This document shows positions 37,031 to 51,600 of a stretch of DNA of 64,000 nt, in pieces. The notes beneath the pieces were generated by a model. That model was given only the letters and a program-made list of their open reading frames with translations, did no database searches and was not told where the DNA came from. Made by a program: the position numbers and the translations under genes. Origin of the DNA: Raillietiella orientalis (taxonomy: Eukaryota); the NCBI GenBank assembly GCA_036172245.1, contig JAYWIR010000006.1, positions 2,976,001-3,040,000 on the forward strand, in the 5' to 3' direction. The first letter of the stretch is position 1. The number at the start of each line of letters is the position of its first letter.

Positions 37031-37899
37031 TTCTTGATATTTCCGAGAGAAGTCAAGTCTCGCGGCTTTATATATATCTTCTTAACACGTCAGCTGAGAT
37101 GTATTCTAGTACTCCTTAAGTAGGGGGATGTTTGCAGCAATAGGAGCTCACACAACGAGCAAGCATCGATTGATTCTGTCAAAGGGAAAGAGAGACAAGC
37201 CATCCAATTAAGAAAAGATAAGTTATCGGATCCTTAAAGAAGTCCTGTTTCCGCAAACTGAACATGGCGTCCTGTGAACCTGAATCAATCAAGAAATGGA
37301 AGCAGGAAAATAAGCCAAGAAATGCCGCGTTCGTTTTAGAGAGCCGTGGAAGAGCAACGAATGGATTCGGAATTTCACTGAGGATCAGGAAACGGAAACC
37401 CTCTGAGAACCGTTCCGAAAACGCTGCGCAGAAGGGGAGGCGGAAAGAAGAAGAAGAAAAAAAGCAGCTCCGATGCCATGGGAACGCGTTGGAGATCTTC
37501 GTTCGCACCGTTTCCGAGTAGACAAAAACTTCGCCTGTCAGGTGCATCCCTGTTTGGCACGCTGCTGCAGAAATTTTCCGCACCTTTCGTTTTTCCAGAG
37601 GATGCTTCCCTACGAGCCTCCAGACGAAAGACGTGGACGTGGTGGATCGCAGGAGCACCGCGCTCAGCGCACGCGCCTGAGCCTTCCGAGCTGTAAATCG
37701 AGTTCCCCCTGTTTTAGATGCTTCCAAACTGTTAGATGGAGCAACTATTTCTGTTCCCATACCACTTATTGGAATTCTCTTCAAATGCCTCCACGGTACT
37801 TAGATGCTTCGGTTGGACTGCCTCTGAATGGACCGAAGGAAGTTCAAGTACTTGATTTGTACCGTGGTGTTTGCAGTTCAGTTTGTAAACCTTCGTAAT

Positions 37900-40800
37900 T
37901 ATGATGATTTACGAGTTCTCTTGAACAAAGCAAAGCAATAAGCGGCTATCGCTAATCATTTGTTTCCAAAGACACCCACCCCTATTTCTTCAAGAAATTT
38001 CGAAACAAATTCTAGAATTGTTTCTTTTTTTGTGTGTGTGTGTTCTCTTGTCACGCCTTTGCCTTCAGCCTGTGTACGTTTTCTTGTGATTTCTCAAGGT
38101 ATGTGACATTTTGGTTTTGCAATTATGAATGCCATTCTGTTTATCCCCTGTAAACACAGAATTATAAGACAACTGATAGGAATGCAATGACTGGGAAACT
38201 GAAACCGTGGAAATGCTCGCATTTTGAGTAAATTTAGGTTCCACAGTGGTGACTACAAGCAGAGTGAGTAGGGTTATCGGGATAGCATTAATTAGGGTCG
38301 AAACCTTGAAAAGTCCTCATCCGTGCACCTAATTAGCTGAGCTCAGGTAATTATGAATATGTCTACAAACCTTAAGTTTCATTGCACCGTGCTCCAATTT
38401 CTCTGTGTATTGCGTGGTGATTGATATCGACGAGCTGCTGTGTGTGGACTTGCAGGATCACCTGATCCATCTCTGCTTCCTCAATTACTTCTCTTCCCTC
38501 CAAACATTTTCATAATAAATTAGATTTCCGAAGAAACAATTTGCAAAAAGCTTCAATGTAATTCTAATTTTTTAAGGTGCTCGTTTGACTGGTTTTCCTT
38601 TCGTGCGTCTCCATAAATGAGGTGATTTCCCTGTCATCAAAATTGCATCATTCAATAGTGATCATTAATTATTCGATAATTGCAACAGATGGACGCTGAA
38701 TTTTCGAAATGTCCAAAAGTTTTCTAAAACTGTGTCCGCGTCTTATTGATGACTTACAAATTCGAAGTCATACGGGAATCAGTTTGCCTGAAGCCATTTT
38801 TGTCGAGAAATTTTTGAACTTGTTTTTAGAACCCCATTCGGCATGTTGCGTCCTCCTTGGAAGGCCTGTGGTGGAATGTACTTTCAGAATGTGCCTGCAA
38901 GGGTTGCCAAGGATATCTACTAGTCCTTGAGATAAGATGAGTTGGGTGGAACGGGAAAAAAAAAGTCCATCTTTTCTTCTTCATGGCAATTTTGAAGATT
39001 TCGAACATTAGCGAAAAGTGTTGAGAAATGGACATCTTGCTCTTCTTCTTGCTTCTTTGCAACCTATAAAACTCATTACAAATAGATTCGTGTCTTTTCA
39101 AACTGAATGCACACCATCCAAATTCATTTTACCCCTAATGCTCTATTAGTCTGGAAAATGAGCACTGTACATCAGCTTATAAGAAACCTATTCTTAAGTT
39201 CACTCCAAGATGTAAGAGTCTAATGCTGCGATGCAGAAAGTACATTTATCAATGAAGCAATCAGAAAATGATCCATTTGAATTGTGTAAGCGTCTCTGAA
39301 CAAACACCTGGTTCATTTAAATATCTAAATGCTCTTCCTCAAATAGATGATGAGGTCCACGTTTCGAAAGGAGATTTCTATTCTGAAAAAGCGCCAAGGG
39401 TGTTTCTGTGTTTCCTCTATACTGAAAGAGTATAAAAGAATCGGTATTTGCGGAAGATTCAGCGAACAGCTAAACCAAATACATATGTATATACATACAC
39501 TACATATATCTATACACATTTATTTATGTACATGTACATCTATCTATCTAGATCTGTAGGTATAGATGTAGATATATGTAGGATATAACAGGCTCCGTTC
39601 CATGTAATTTTATAAAGTAATAAAGGAGGATTGAGAGAATTGGACCCCGATTGTATCTTTCCATCTTTTATGAGACTGTTATCAGTAAACGAAATACGTG
39701 TCGTGTCTCCATCGTAGTGTACGACTATTAATGTGTGAACACGGTTTGTTGCTTGCGTTTATGCCGGAGCTGGGAATGCACAGTTGAGTTTCTCAGGGGA
39801 GCCATCTTAGAGCACTCTAATCACTGTTTTGATAAAAAAAAAAAACAAAAACAAAAACGAGCACAGCAGATGCACACTGGCTGCCTCCTCCGACGCAAAT
39901 CAATGCACCACTGCCAAGAAGATTGCAAACACTTGAGCTTTCCACTTATGGGATCTGGCTGTGCACTAAAAATTAACGGTGTATGCTGCAAACCATTTTG
40001 CCTTCAACGTGAAATTAAATTCGGTTATTCGCAAACACGTGGCAATGGACACAGATCTGTTTTACGAGCATTCGCATTTTCTTCCATGCATCACGAAATT
40101 CTCGTTTAAAACTGACTTCAGTAATAGTACATTGCCGGTTTTAAATGGGTTTATTGCATGCATGCAAATTGATTTTCTTTTTTTTTTTTTTTTTTCTCCA
40201 TGTTTTTGGAGTTATCGAATCGCTCAAATTTTCACATCCTTACAGGCTTTTCAAATCGTAAATGGATATTCTTTTGATGGATGGCACAAGGAAATTCAAA
40301 AGATGGCATTTAAAAGAGTTCGTGGATTATTTGGCAATTCTTCTTTCAGGGGAGCTTCCTCTGTTTTCTCGGGGCAGTGGGATGCCCATATGAAGTCACT
40401 TTATAGGAGGTGTTCAGAGTTCAGGTGTTCAGAGCGTGCAGAATTATGTAATTAATCATGTCTAGCGCTGTAATCTTTTAGACCATTATGAGGTTGCCAA
40501 AGCCTTCCGCTTATTTCATACATCAAGTGCACTGTTTTCTTAGTTGGATTTCTGCTGGATTTGCATAACACAAAAAGAAGTTGTTCTTATGATGCTGTTT
40601 CCAGTGCAGTTGGAGGGATGCAGATTTCCACTATGGGATTGTTAATCAGAGCCTTTCATAATTCACAAAGAAGTCATGGTAAATGAAATCCAAAGGTAGA
40701 AAGCCAATGGTTGGAGTCTTTTGCATTTCTTTGCCAGGAAATGGGATTCCCTCCAGAATTCTTACTCGATTCTCTTTCAGTTAATTATTTTTCCGGGTGC

Positions 40801-41500
40801 ATTCTTTTTAAGAAGAGTCATGAGGGTACAGATCAGTTCTTTCTAGCTGTAAAAGTAACCTGGCAAGCATTTTCTGTTGTTACATGCTTGCACATTATAA
40901 GAAAGATCAGGAGAAACCCCCCCAAACCTACATTAGAAAAAAAAGATTGTACATTCAATAAATGCCTCGAATCAATACAGCAACTGAGGTATCCATGTTG
41001 GAACATAAGTTGAAAGTTGATTATGTTAATGAGCTTTCATTTCACAATTATTTTCATGGATTTGCAACGGAAGCCATGCATCAAGTTTCAATGTTAACTT
41101 TGCATCCATTTTTATTACCTTATTAATATGCAGTACATGCGTTGGCGCTTATTTATTGAATTGGATGCCTTTCATGCTCTTTGTGGCAAATGTCACAAAG
41201 TCACTTCTCTAATTTCACTTTGTATTGCTCAGGATTGTGCTTCTGAGGAGACATGGGCAAGGATGAGGCCTTGCTGTGCGAATTTGCCAAAGTTAAGCAG
41301 CAGCAGTTTGTGTTCAGTGTTTGAAATAAAGAAAAATTTCAACACACTGAGCTTTTGTTTATTTGCCTTGTGGTTGTGACTTGCACGACCCGGAGGCATT
41401 TTTGTTATGTAAGATTGCTACTTAGAAGTGAGAGAGAAAGCACTTCTACAAATACGTTGCTTTTATGCAAAGATTCCAAATTAGAATGTAATTGCTATTA
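37900..41500. other. AT-rich region largely free of the LINE/SINE families; possibly introns and small exons of a host gene
   Basis: Clear drop in GC; several donor-like (aag|gtatgt at ~38099, cag|gtaatt at ~38347) and acceptor-like motifs; no exon chain could be assembled. Confidence 0.3.
39478..39590. repeat. Degenerate (TA)/(TAC)-rich microsatellite
   Basis: atacatatgtatatacatacactacatatatctatacac...tagatatatgta. Confidence 0.7.
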
Positions 41501-42940
41501 CGGAAAATGCTATTGAAGACGTTTTCAATGCGGCAATGTTGAAAATGCTCCCGAATTAAGATCGTCCCCAGGGTAACGGGTAGCACAAAGTTCGAAGCTC
41601 GTGCGTGTACACAAGGCTGTAAAAGTTCAGCAGATGAATTGGAGTATCTGCAAAGGTTTCCAAAATTCATGAACTCGGGATGATGGTTTTCAACCAGGCC
41701 TCAATGAGTAGCATGAAGCACCGGAATATCATCCAATTCTTTTTGGGAACTCTCTGGGCAGTTCGGTCGGCATTTGGCACGCACAGTGGCCTTCCCACTT
41801 GATGCGAAAATTTCACTCTGCATTTTCAGGGCGTGGACAGAGAGGGGAAGAACAAGGTGACCACACCGTGTCCAGAGTGTATCCAGTTCTATGTCCCCCC
41901 GGAGCGAGGGGAACACGGATTCTGACAAGTTGTGTGAGGTTTCCCCGACGGCTAATCCGGTCATCAAAATGGAGACACTTCTAAGTACACGGAAGTACAG
42001 TTGCTGCAACGGACATTGGTTGCATTACGTTACCGGAAACAACTTCCAGGAGTGCTTTTTTTCTTCTTCTTTCTTTTGCCGTAGCCAGTCAGGTGGTCAG
42101 CAAGGGTGTCACGCTGAAGCGCGCTCGCGGTCACCGGGGAGTGGTAAATAAGGCAAACCAAGAGTAAGCAGACTGTTCGTGTTTGGAAATTGGAAAAAAA
42201 GCTCTCCGAGTTACTGACATTGAAATCGCTCTTTTACACAAAGAAGTGGTATGGATTTTCGTATCTTAAGTGCCACCGGGTGAACTGGCGTAGGTAAGCT
42301 CTGGTCCTTTCGACCTCGCATCCTTTAAGGACGCATGCAGGACAACCGAATTTTTCCCGTCGTCTTCCGTCAGAAGATTTGAAGAACTTGGAGCAGGAAG
42401 TCATCTTCGTGTGGCCTTGCAAAGCTTTCGGTGCGGTCTTTCCCTTTGATCACTTCGAGATTCCTTTTTTGTTCGTCATTTTTGATGAATGGTCTCACTG
42501 CGTGCTTCCTGCGCACTGCGCTCTCGCCTGCCGCTGGGTTTCATGATCTTCAAAAGCTCACGGCGTGTGTATCCTGAAAGGTGAGTCACTTGCCGATGCA
42601 TCACTTCGTGCTGCTCTCGTTCAACAGCATCAGCCACAACTGAAGCATCCACCTTTTTGTTGCCTCTTCGATCCCGGAACAAGAAGCCACAAGTGTTACT
42701 CTTTTTTTTGGGGGGGGAGGAGGATGTTTCGATCGTTTTCAATCGTCCATCCATAATCATGAAAAGAAAAGAAAAAAAAAAAAAAACAGAATAAGCCGGA
42801 GGTGTACATCGTTCTCGACACTACTTCCTTGATTTTTCTTGATATTGTAAGTATCTCTCGACAAGATCAGTTTCGCATAAGAACTTTTACCGCCGTGCCC
42901 AAATGGAGCATTCGCCACCCGGCCATCCGTTTCTCTCTCT

Positions 42941-42942
<2 letters not shown>

Positions 42943-42972
<30 letters not shown>
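42943..42972 (+). repeat. (GT)n microsatellite, ~15 units
   Basis: Direct reading of the sequence. Confidence 0.95.
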
Positions 42973-42973
<1 letters not shown>

Positions 42974-44999
42974 TGTTTAAAGAGATTTATGCCACAGGCG
43001 GAATGATTACGTGATCCTATCGATGCAGTGTAATGTTACATTTCTTAATGTTAGCAGGGTTGATCTACCGTCGGGTACTCATCCCCATCTGCTGATAAAG
43101 GTTACCTACGAACTCTGGTTCGTAGGTTATCTTTAGAGAAGAAGCAGTGGGACTTTCGAGGCTCTTGTGAGGAAACCAAACGAACTTGCCAGCCAGGACT
43201 GCCACCTCGCATACTTAATGGCCATGAACACCGAACTCGAATTTTAGACTTTACCTGCTGGAACACTTTTCATGGGACAGAAGCGTGCAGAAGCATAGGG
43301 CCTCGTGTTCGCAACACCTAAAAATGTTGCAATTCACGGTGGGCGATAATTTCAAAGCTCAGCCGGAATGAAAAATGATTGGCAAATCCAAAGAGTTCGA
43401 TTTTCTGGGATAATCTTTGCATTCACGATGAGACTTCAACGTATGGGGAAAATTCATGATGAAGGACTGTAGCAAAGAAAATGGAAAATTACCTTGAAAA
43501 AGGGACCGAAAGAAATTATTGGCAACACCTCTGAACATTGAATCACAATTATATATACACATGTCGCCCTATTCGTGCACTTCAGCGTTTTCTTAGCATG
43601 TTTTCTTAGCAATGCTTCAGCGATGGAAATTTCTCAAGGCGGACTTCCCTCTTTGCGAAATGAGAGAAAAGGTACGGACAGTTTCCTTCAGAGTGAGCGA
43701 GCGTGTTGAGCAACCAAGGCATCTATGACACAAGGCTATGTATAAGGTCAACTTTGATCGCCGATGTTCCTCTTATTAACCTCTTTCCAATGTGTCTCAG
43801 CAATGAGGAGCTAATTTGCTAATTAGGGAAAGAGGCATTAGCCTGCTGGGAGGTTTGAACCAGACTGCATACCACTTCGCCATTCGCAGCTAAAAAAGCA
43901 ACCGTACGCCTTCTTCCTGTTCGTCTGGAAGATGGATTGCGCAGAAGAGAAAAAGTGAGAAAGGACGTTTCCAAGGTTCAGCTCGAAAGAAAGCAAAGTG
44001 AAGAGGGATGCCGAACCGATTGGTGCGTAAGCAGCTCATAAGCAGCTCAGTCCGATTTCCACAGGTGCGCACGTTTTCGCTGCCACCTTTGAAGGACGAC
44101 AGCATTGCAAAGTGTGAAGTGGCAAACTACGGGAAGCCAGGTGTCGTGGCTCAGTCCAGCAGCATACAGCAGTGGCGCTACTCCTGCGGGAGGGGGGAGG
44201 GAGAGCCACGCAAGGCGTGAACACCAGAGGAAAAAAAGGCATGGGGGGGAGGGGCTCAGTCAGAAGTCTCGGAGTGCAAGCACCGGGCGACATCGAGCGC
44301 TGGCAGGAAACGAAGCTTCCTCTGTAGAGGAACGCATGCCTTATTGATCTCGAAAAACCAATACTGGTGCTCAGGGTTTCCGAACGCCAGCGTTTCACGA
44401 AATCGGGTCATGCAGAGCTACACCTAGACATGCAACAAAATGTCATAGATGAAACGCAAAAAAAAAAAAAAAAAAAAAAAAAGAGCAGATCCCAGCCCAG
44501 TTAATTACGGGGAACGAGGGATTTCTGTCAAAATTGGAAAGAGATGCGAAAAAACTATGGGATAGAATGACCACAACCTAAGCAGACTCGGTTATAATTT
44601 TATCAAGCAAGGAAAACAATCACCCAGGGGTCTTTGGTTTCTTGGTCCAAACACGGTGCTGCGGTTTTTGATTTTCTTGATCAGCTCCAGATGCTATAGC
44701 GCGACGTACGTGGTTTAGAATTCCTCCAGGGGATATGTCGCCGAGCTAAATATGCAGACTCATGTGGGGAAAATAGTAAAACAGGAGAACACCAACAGAA
44801 TACCTGGTGGCAAAATATAAGGAATGAAAGCTGACGATAGCAACGAAAGGGGGAGAACTGACCTACGCGGAGTACGAAAACTTCGGAAAACCAACGTTCG
44901 ATGGGGAGTAAGGAAACGCATTAATGGATAACTGTCTGCCGTCCGTGCTAAAGGTCAGCGAAATGTCCGCGTACTAAGAAAAATACAGACAGCATCCAA

Positions 45000-47850
45000 A
45001 ACACAGCATTCGATACGAAACAGTCAGGCTGCAAGAAACCCATGAGCTACATGCACTCTTGTGGAAGAGTTGTGGCAAGAAAGGACCAACTTTCCACCAC
45101 CATCATCCAAGCAGCGCCTCAGGGAAGCTGCAACCTCTCCATTCAAAAGGAGCTTCACTTTGCAGGCGTCCAGGTCGTGCGTTTCCGAGCTTAGAAATGT
45201 TCCACTTTTCGTGGATGGTTGTAGTCCAACGAAGCCACGTGTGTGGACCCCCTCATACAACCATTCAGGTGGGACACCGCGATCGGTCCTCACTGCCTCG
45301 AAAGGTCTGAATATGAACATCAACCATGGAATGCATTTGGAGGCACCAGTATACGGCTCATCATGCGCGTTGAATTGCCAGAGTACCGGCCAGCTTAACC
45401 TCGAGTTGACCGTGGTGACTAGACTCCCACATCTTTAACCTAACTGCATAGGTATCAAGAGAGACAAATTAGCCTCTCCTGCAACCCTCGTGAGGGCCGA
45501 AGTAAAATTCGATCACCAGAAAAGCGAGATCCTCGTGCCCTACTAGATGGGTGTGAAAGTTATCTTATACGTCAGGAGGTTCTAGAAGCAGCCCTCCAGA
45601 AAATCTCTTTGTGGAGGGTCTGCGATTAAGGGAGCATTATGTTCACTTCTCTGCATGAGTGCAACATGAAAGCAAGGGATGGCAACAGCAGGCACAACCC
45701 GAGACCCTTTCCAGAGTGCTGGAAAGGGTCTCGGGTTGCTCTTCGTCGACAACGGTAGTGAACATATGCCAGCGTGTGCGCAGAGGAAGAAACCGGAATT
45801 CTCGCAAAGATGGTCGTGGACATTTAATAACAGCACAGGAACACCGAACGTGTTGTTGACACCAAATGTGGACTCAAAAGCCTTCGAACGGCGTACCGAA
45901 AGTCCGTTTCGGGCTACAGAGCGGGAACACATCCAGTAGGAGAGCAGCCTGCTATTCGTTCGCAACAGAGTGAGACGAAAAAGCAGTGAATGGGCTTCGA
46001 CTTCCAGTGTACAAGAGATGGGATAAAGAGGGCCGACATATAGCCGTGGAAGCACATAGCTAACGGACGCAATCATTTATCTACAATGCGCTACCAGTGA
46101 CACCTAGGAGCATGCACACGACTTTTTGTACAACTAACACAAAAGATACGAGAGGAAGCAAACTATCCAGTCTCCTTCCATCAAAGAAGAATGCGACTAA
46201 TCCAGAAGGGTGGAATGCCGATTCGGGTCATCCAGTGAAGATGAATAAGGAGGCACCGATGGGGAGACGGATGCTGGAGTTGCGAGCGGATCATTTGAAC
46301 CGCGCATGCATAACTCCCATGAAAGCATGTGAACATGTTCCTCCTGACCGGTGCATGTAGGAGACTGCAGTGGTACTCCAGCCTTGCAAATCGACAGTAC
46401 AAAAACAGGGATGGAGTTTATAGGTTGGCAAAAGCCTTTCACAGAAAAGATGAATGGGTTCTCGCCTGAATCTTGGGAAAAGCTGGATCTTTGTCTCATC
46501 TCTATGTTACCGAGTGATGGAAAACGTTCCTCTTCGGCATCAATCATACAAAGCGTGAAAATACGAAGAGGCAGCAGTCAGGGAGAGATGAGAGGAGACC
46601 AGTGTTCTTCGCAGGGTACACGAAAGCAATATCGTCTCTTACTGGGAATTGCGGAAAGTTCGTGGAGATGAAACTGGGCCAGAAATGTCTCCAGAAGTGG
46701 TCCATTCAGAAGACCTCGTTTTCATTAAACGGCGTTCATCATTCAGTTCGCCATAATCATGAACCAGTTGCAGCTGGTTCTCAGCTTGATGACCAATGAA
46801 AAGAAGTGAGAATTGCAGAGCGCAGAAGACCAGAGACCCCGAACTGTTCCAAAAAGAGAGAAGTCCAGAGCTCACGTTTGAACCAAGCTCAGATGCACCG
46901 CAACAGGGGAAAGAAATCTGCTTTGCGATGAAGGAAGAAAGCTCCGACTTTCTACGGAAAACAAACTGAAACTTTGAATCGTGTCCCCCTCCTACAGACA
47001 TTTTTAGTGCACCTCCTTTAAGATCACTCTGAAGTTTCATGAGCTCTCACAAGCACTGGTGGAGATCGAAAACCAGAATGCTGTTCAGCAGGAAGACGAA
47101 GGCGGCACACAAGTGGAAACTCCTGAATAAGCGAGAGTGAACAAGACATCAAGCGGCCGTGGTAATCAATCGAAACCAGAGTCAGCGGATCCGGAAGAAC
47201 ATCGAAGACAAGCGAAGAAATCCTAAGAACTGAAGAAAATTCTGACAGGAAAAACAGTGTAGATGCAAGGGCACAGATGCTGGAGGACCAACGGATTGTC
47301 AGCAGATGTAAAAGCACAATCATCCCAAGAAGCAAGGAAGTGCCAAAAATTGAGCCAGCAAGAATCTTGCTTGGCTGAACTCAGCAAGAATTCATGGCTG
47401 GCGTCCCAATAGCATGGGAGATGGAGGAGTGGTCACAACCAAGACCAAACATGGAGTTCCAAGGCCGCGAGAAGTTGACACTAGGAGATCGATGTTCTCG
47501 TGGAAAGAATCGCCTACGAAGACTACAGCTCGAAATCAAGGGAAAGATGGGTAAATCGAGAGAGTTAGCAGTCCAGACCATCATATGGAAGGCTTCAAGA
47601 GCTGGTCGGAGGCACCGTTTTTAGCAAACCAGCGCAAAAGATGACGTATATAATCGAGGTCCAGTGCGTTGCAGTATGTCTCTAGGCGCTGTTCTGTAGC
47701 AGCCAAGCTTATCGTTGCCGATCCAAGATGACTTGCTTGTATTTTACGATGATGACCTCTGGTGTAGCCCAAGGTTGTGAACTCCAATGTAGCCCATCCG
47801 CAGTTGGGAAACCTGCAGATGGCTGCTGCTCTGCAGCATTCCAAGAAACT
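45000..47850 (+). mobile_element. Decayed Ty1/copia LTR-retrotransposon internal region
   Basis: Motifs in copia order: CALNCQSTGQL (gag knuckle-like, ~45365), FVDNGSEHM and NVLLTPNV (protease-like, 45740-45870), WNA.SGHP (WH.RLGH-like, ~46210), KPFTEKMNGFSPE...ISML (PYTPQQNG.AER...SML-like, ~46430-46510), QDQTW (N.TW, RT start, ~47440). No LTRs identified. Confidence 0.55.
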
Positions 47851-48599
47851 GGAACCAAATCACGTTTTTTTTTTTTTTTTTTTTTACGCCAAGTACTGTG
47901 CGAAGAGAAGGCTTCATAAGGGAGAGCACGAAAACGGCTCAGAAAGCATTCGTGAAAATTCTTTTCTTCTTTTTTTTTTTTCCAACTCTTGCTAAGCATC
48001 TTCTTGCCACTGCAACCGTGATGAGAAAGGAAAGAAAGGCCAAAGGGGAAAGGAAGCAGTGCAACGAAGATCGTCGAATCTAGGGCTAGGAAAGACACCT
48101 CCGTCAGTCGCGAGAAGATTCCATCAGGAGCACACTGCCGCCTGGCATTCAAATCGAGCATCTCCAAACCAGAGCAGAAAGACGACTCGGGCCGGCAACC
48201 ACAGCCCGCTCGGCACCGACTGTGTCCAACTCGAAGGAGCCCGTGTCCAGTTGACCCCCGGTAAATTCAACACCTCACTTGCTTCCAGTGCTTTCGGTTT
48301 TGTTGCAGAAATGAAGTTCCTCCGATTAGGAGACTATCGGGGAAAGAAGTGGTCCGAGCACCCGGTCTTTCCCGTTCTGAATGCTCCTGGAGTTTTGCTT
48401 TCCTTTCTTCCTTATCTGCAACCGCACGGAAGTCTTTGAGGCATAGCATCAGTGAGGGTGACTGCCCCTCCATACGACTTTTATAATTAGTCGTGACACC
48501 CAGAGCCCCCAGCCTGTGCTCTGGTACAACCGGGTTTCCCATGGTTTCCATGGGAACCCGGTTGCGTCAGGATTTCAGAACGTGGAAAAGGAAAGTGTT

Positions 48600-51500
48600 G
48601 AAAAGAGTGAATTTCATTGATTTATGTGTCCGGCGCTGCTCACAGAACTTTTCCGAATGCAATTCTTCACAGAGCAGTTGGTGTGTCTGTGAAGCACTCT
48701 GTCGCGAGACTTTGATCGATTAAAATACTTTCGCAGAATAATTCTCCCAATAATTTCCGGCTGGCACTTTGCCTGGCAATGCCTACGTTCCTTATACTGC
48801 TCCCTCATTCCTGTCATCCTTCATCAGCGAACTGGAGCTCTTTCCGACTCATCTTAAGCATTCATCTGTTGCAAGTTCGTTGCAAGTCCGCTCGTTGTGA
48901 ATTCTTCCTTTGCACCGACAGTCGGATCGCACTTCTGGACCGGTTCTTCTGTGCCGGTTCCGCCGAAGAACCCACCACGGCAGACCACAGAACGCAATTT
49001 GAATTGCGAGCCGCTCTTTCAAACGGATTCCTTACAACTGGAACCGAATCCATCATTCGACATCATTAAAAATCGAGCACGTGCGTGTGTGTTTTTTTCG
49101 TTCGTGTCTTCGAGGAAGCATTGAATTCCCGGTGCGCAGGCGTCATTCCTAGCCACCCCGAGGCGACAAACGTGAACAGCCATGGATCGGAATTGTGGAG
49201 AATGGAGGGTTCTGTGCCGGTGACAGCGTGTAGGTGTATCACGCGTAATTTGCTTTTGTTCCAGTCGGCTGGGATGCAGATCGGGAATTCCCTCCCGACT
49301 GCTTTTTTGCACTCGTCTCCGCCTTTCGAGTGTTGCCATCCGAATCTGCTTGACTTAATCAGCCACACGCTTTCGCTCCACACTTCGTGAGCGCCCCAAA
49401 ACACCTGAAGGAGCTCTTTTTGTCTGTCCGTTCGTTCACGCGGCGGCTCGGAAAGCCTCCTGCCATGGTGATCTGGAAACTTGCGAAGACTGGATATCGG
49501 GAAGGCGGCAGGGATGACGCTGTTCCCTTCCCGTGCTGCTGACTTGAGAGAGCATCCTGCTCCTGCCTTCAGCCGCTGCAACTCAATGCAAATTCGCGAC
49601 AGTCCCATGTGGTGCCCATCCCCGTTGCAGCTTATTTTCCGAGCTCCATTGATCTGCCTCTTCTTTCAGAGGCTCCCTTTCGCTAATAGGGCGCACCGCA
49701 CTTCCCTTGGCGCTCTCCGTCGTGTTGGCTGCTGCTTGGAATGGCAAGCGAATCCACGCTTGTTTTTATGCTTGCTGCAGCAGCGGAGAGTTCTTCGGAG
49801 AGAAATCCACGTCCATTCTTAGAATTCCCGAGTCTTTTTTTTTTTTTTTTTTTGGCGAGCCGAAAATACTTTTCCGCGCCAGTTTCGTGGTCCCGCGTTT
49901 GAAACGTCTCGGGAAGGCAATTCCTCTAAAACGCACTCGTGGGTTACCTCGCTGGCAAGAATTTATGGAGGGAAATGGGCGCCCCTGAAGAGGACGCACG
50001 GCGAAATCAAGGGAAGGTCAGGAAAGTGTTCCCTGAAGCCTGGCTGAAGAAACCCAAGTTTGCCGCCATCTCGCATGGAAACCACGGACAGCCTGCCAGC
50101 TTCCTCGTGAATTATGGCAAAAGATTTCTCGAATGTTCTTCGCGATGCACTACACGTTCTAACGCGAGCACACCGAAGTTTGCATCGTGCTCTCTTGAAC
50201 GCCCGTGCGACGAGAGAGCTTCGCCTCCTTCTTCGTGTTGGCGGAAACACGAAGACGCCCTCTTTGGCACTCGGTTAGGCGCGCAGCTTGATGAACCGGT
50301 TGACTCCCTAGCTGTCGGCTTTGTCCTCCGGCTTGGGTCCAGCGGTCAGGAAGATCCACTTTCGAGTTTCGAACGCGTGCGCTGCCGAGCACTCTGGAGA
50401 TGCTACAGACGCACGTTAAGAGCTGGTCCTGTGCGGGCACCATCGAGGCTTAACACAGTTCCAGATTTTTTGCATCCTTCATCCGAGATATGACAGTGCA
50501 CGTTTACCCCTATACAGCTACCGTCGATGCTTTTTTTCTTCTTCTTCTTCTATTGTCCCGAGCATTATACCTCATATCTTGGATGGAGCATCTCACCAAG
50601 GTTTTCTTGTTCCGGCCATCTGAATTCATTCCTCTTAAGAGAGAGCAACAGAGAGCACGGTGGTGCTCGATTAAGTATGCCGGGAAGCGAGACGTAGTAA
50701 TAAGGGACCAATTGACTGCAAGAGACATGGGAGACCACTTCTCAGGCACGAAAGGGGAGAGAGAGGCTCTCGTCGGGAGCTCTTCCGCCGTTCGCCCCAG
50801 CGTTTACTTACCAGCTCCGGAGAGACTCCCATAATGAGCCACTTTTGAAGGACGGCAGGTGGAAATCGCGTACGCTTGCTGATGACCGGCCTCACGGAAA
50901 GTACGAAAGCCGAGTGTGGGCCGTCTTGGTTTCCCTCTGGCAGAGCTTTTCGCAGTCCTATGCTTCACAGATTCTCTTATAAGATGCACACAGACGGCTT
51001 TCTGGCGATTGCGAACGTCGCGGATGCAGTTGGTTTTTTTTTTTTTTTTTTTCTTTTTTCCACTACGCTTCGCGATTTCTCAACCACGAGGACCGCGTCT
51101 GCTCTCGCCTGAGAATGCCTGAATGCCTTCTCGCACCCTTAAAGATCCTTGAAGATGCACTCGTTCGATCGAATCTGAGGACCGGAGAAGGGTAAAGGTC
51201 TTCCGTTCGGTCCCTTCCACTCGAGCTGGCGCCGGGTCCGAGCCGCTTTGCGCGAAATCGAGTGGAAAAACCCAAAGCGTGGTCGTGGTGGAACGGGAAA
51301 AACGCGAACCGTCGATCGCATTCAGAGTCGGAAAATGGAAAGAAAGGGAAAAGGAATTTGGGAATTTGCGAGTGTCCAGGTGCGCCGAAATGCAATTCCG
51401 CCGACGGCTTCTTCCCTGCGCGGCTTCTGTGTCGTAAAATCTCTGTGAAAATAGGAGAGAGCTCGCCTTTAAGCATTGGGCTCCCCGGAAAAGAAAAAAA

Positions 51501-51600
51501 AAAAAACCTCCGTGTTATTCTATTGCCTTCCAGCCGTATTCTCACTTCTTGCACTGAAGCTCGTAAACAGAGAAGCAATTCACAATCCAGTTATCCTTAT
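48600..51600 (-). mobile_element. Decayed LINE ORF2 (endonuclease, RT and post-RT)
   Basis: Minus strand in order: VQEVR (~51550), RTFEKSFAIIH (DFEKAFD-like, ~50120), RFKRG (~49900), VFWG..VW...W...KGG (FLW..W..K..GG-like, ~49320-49400). Confidence 0.5.

Noticed and set aside
40540..40680. RBR/IBR exon suggested by FCWIC
   Set aside because: Five-residue match with no other metal ligands or neighbouring exons.
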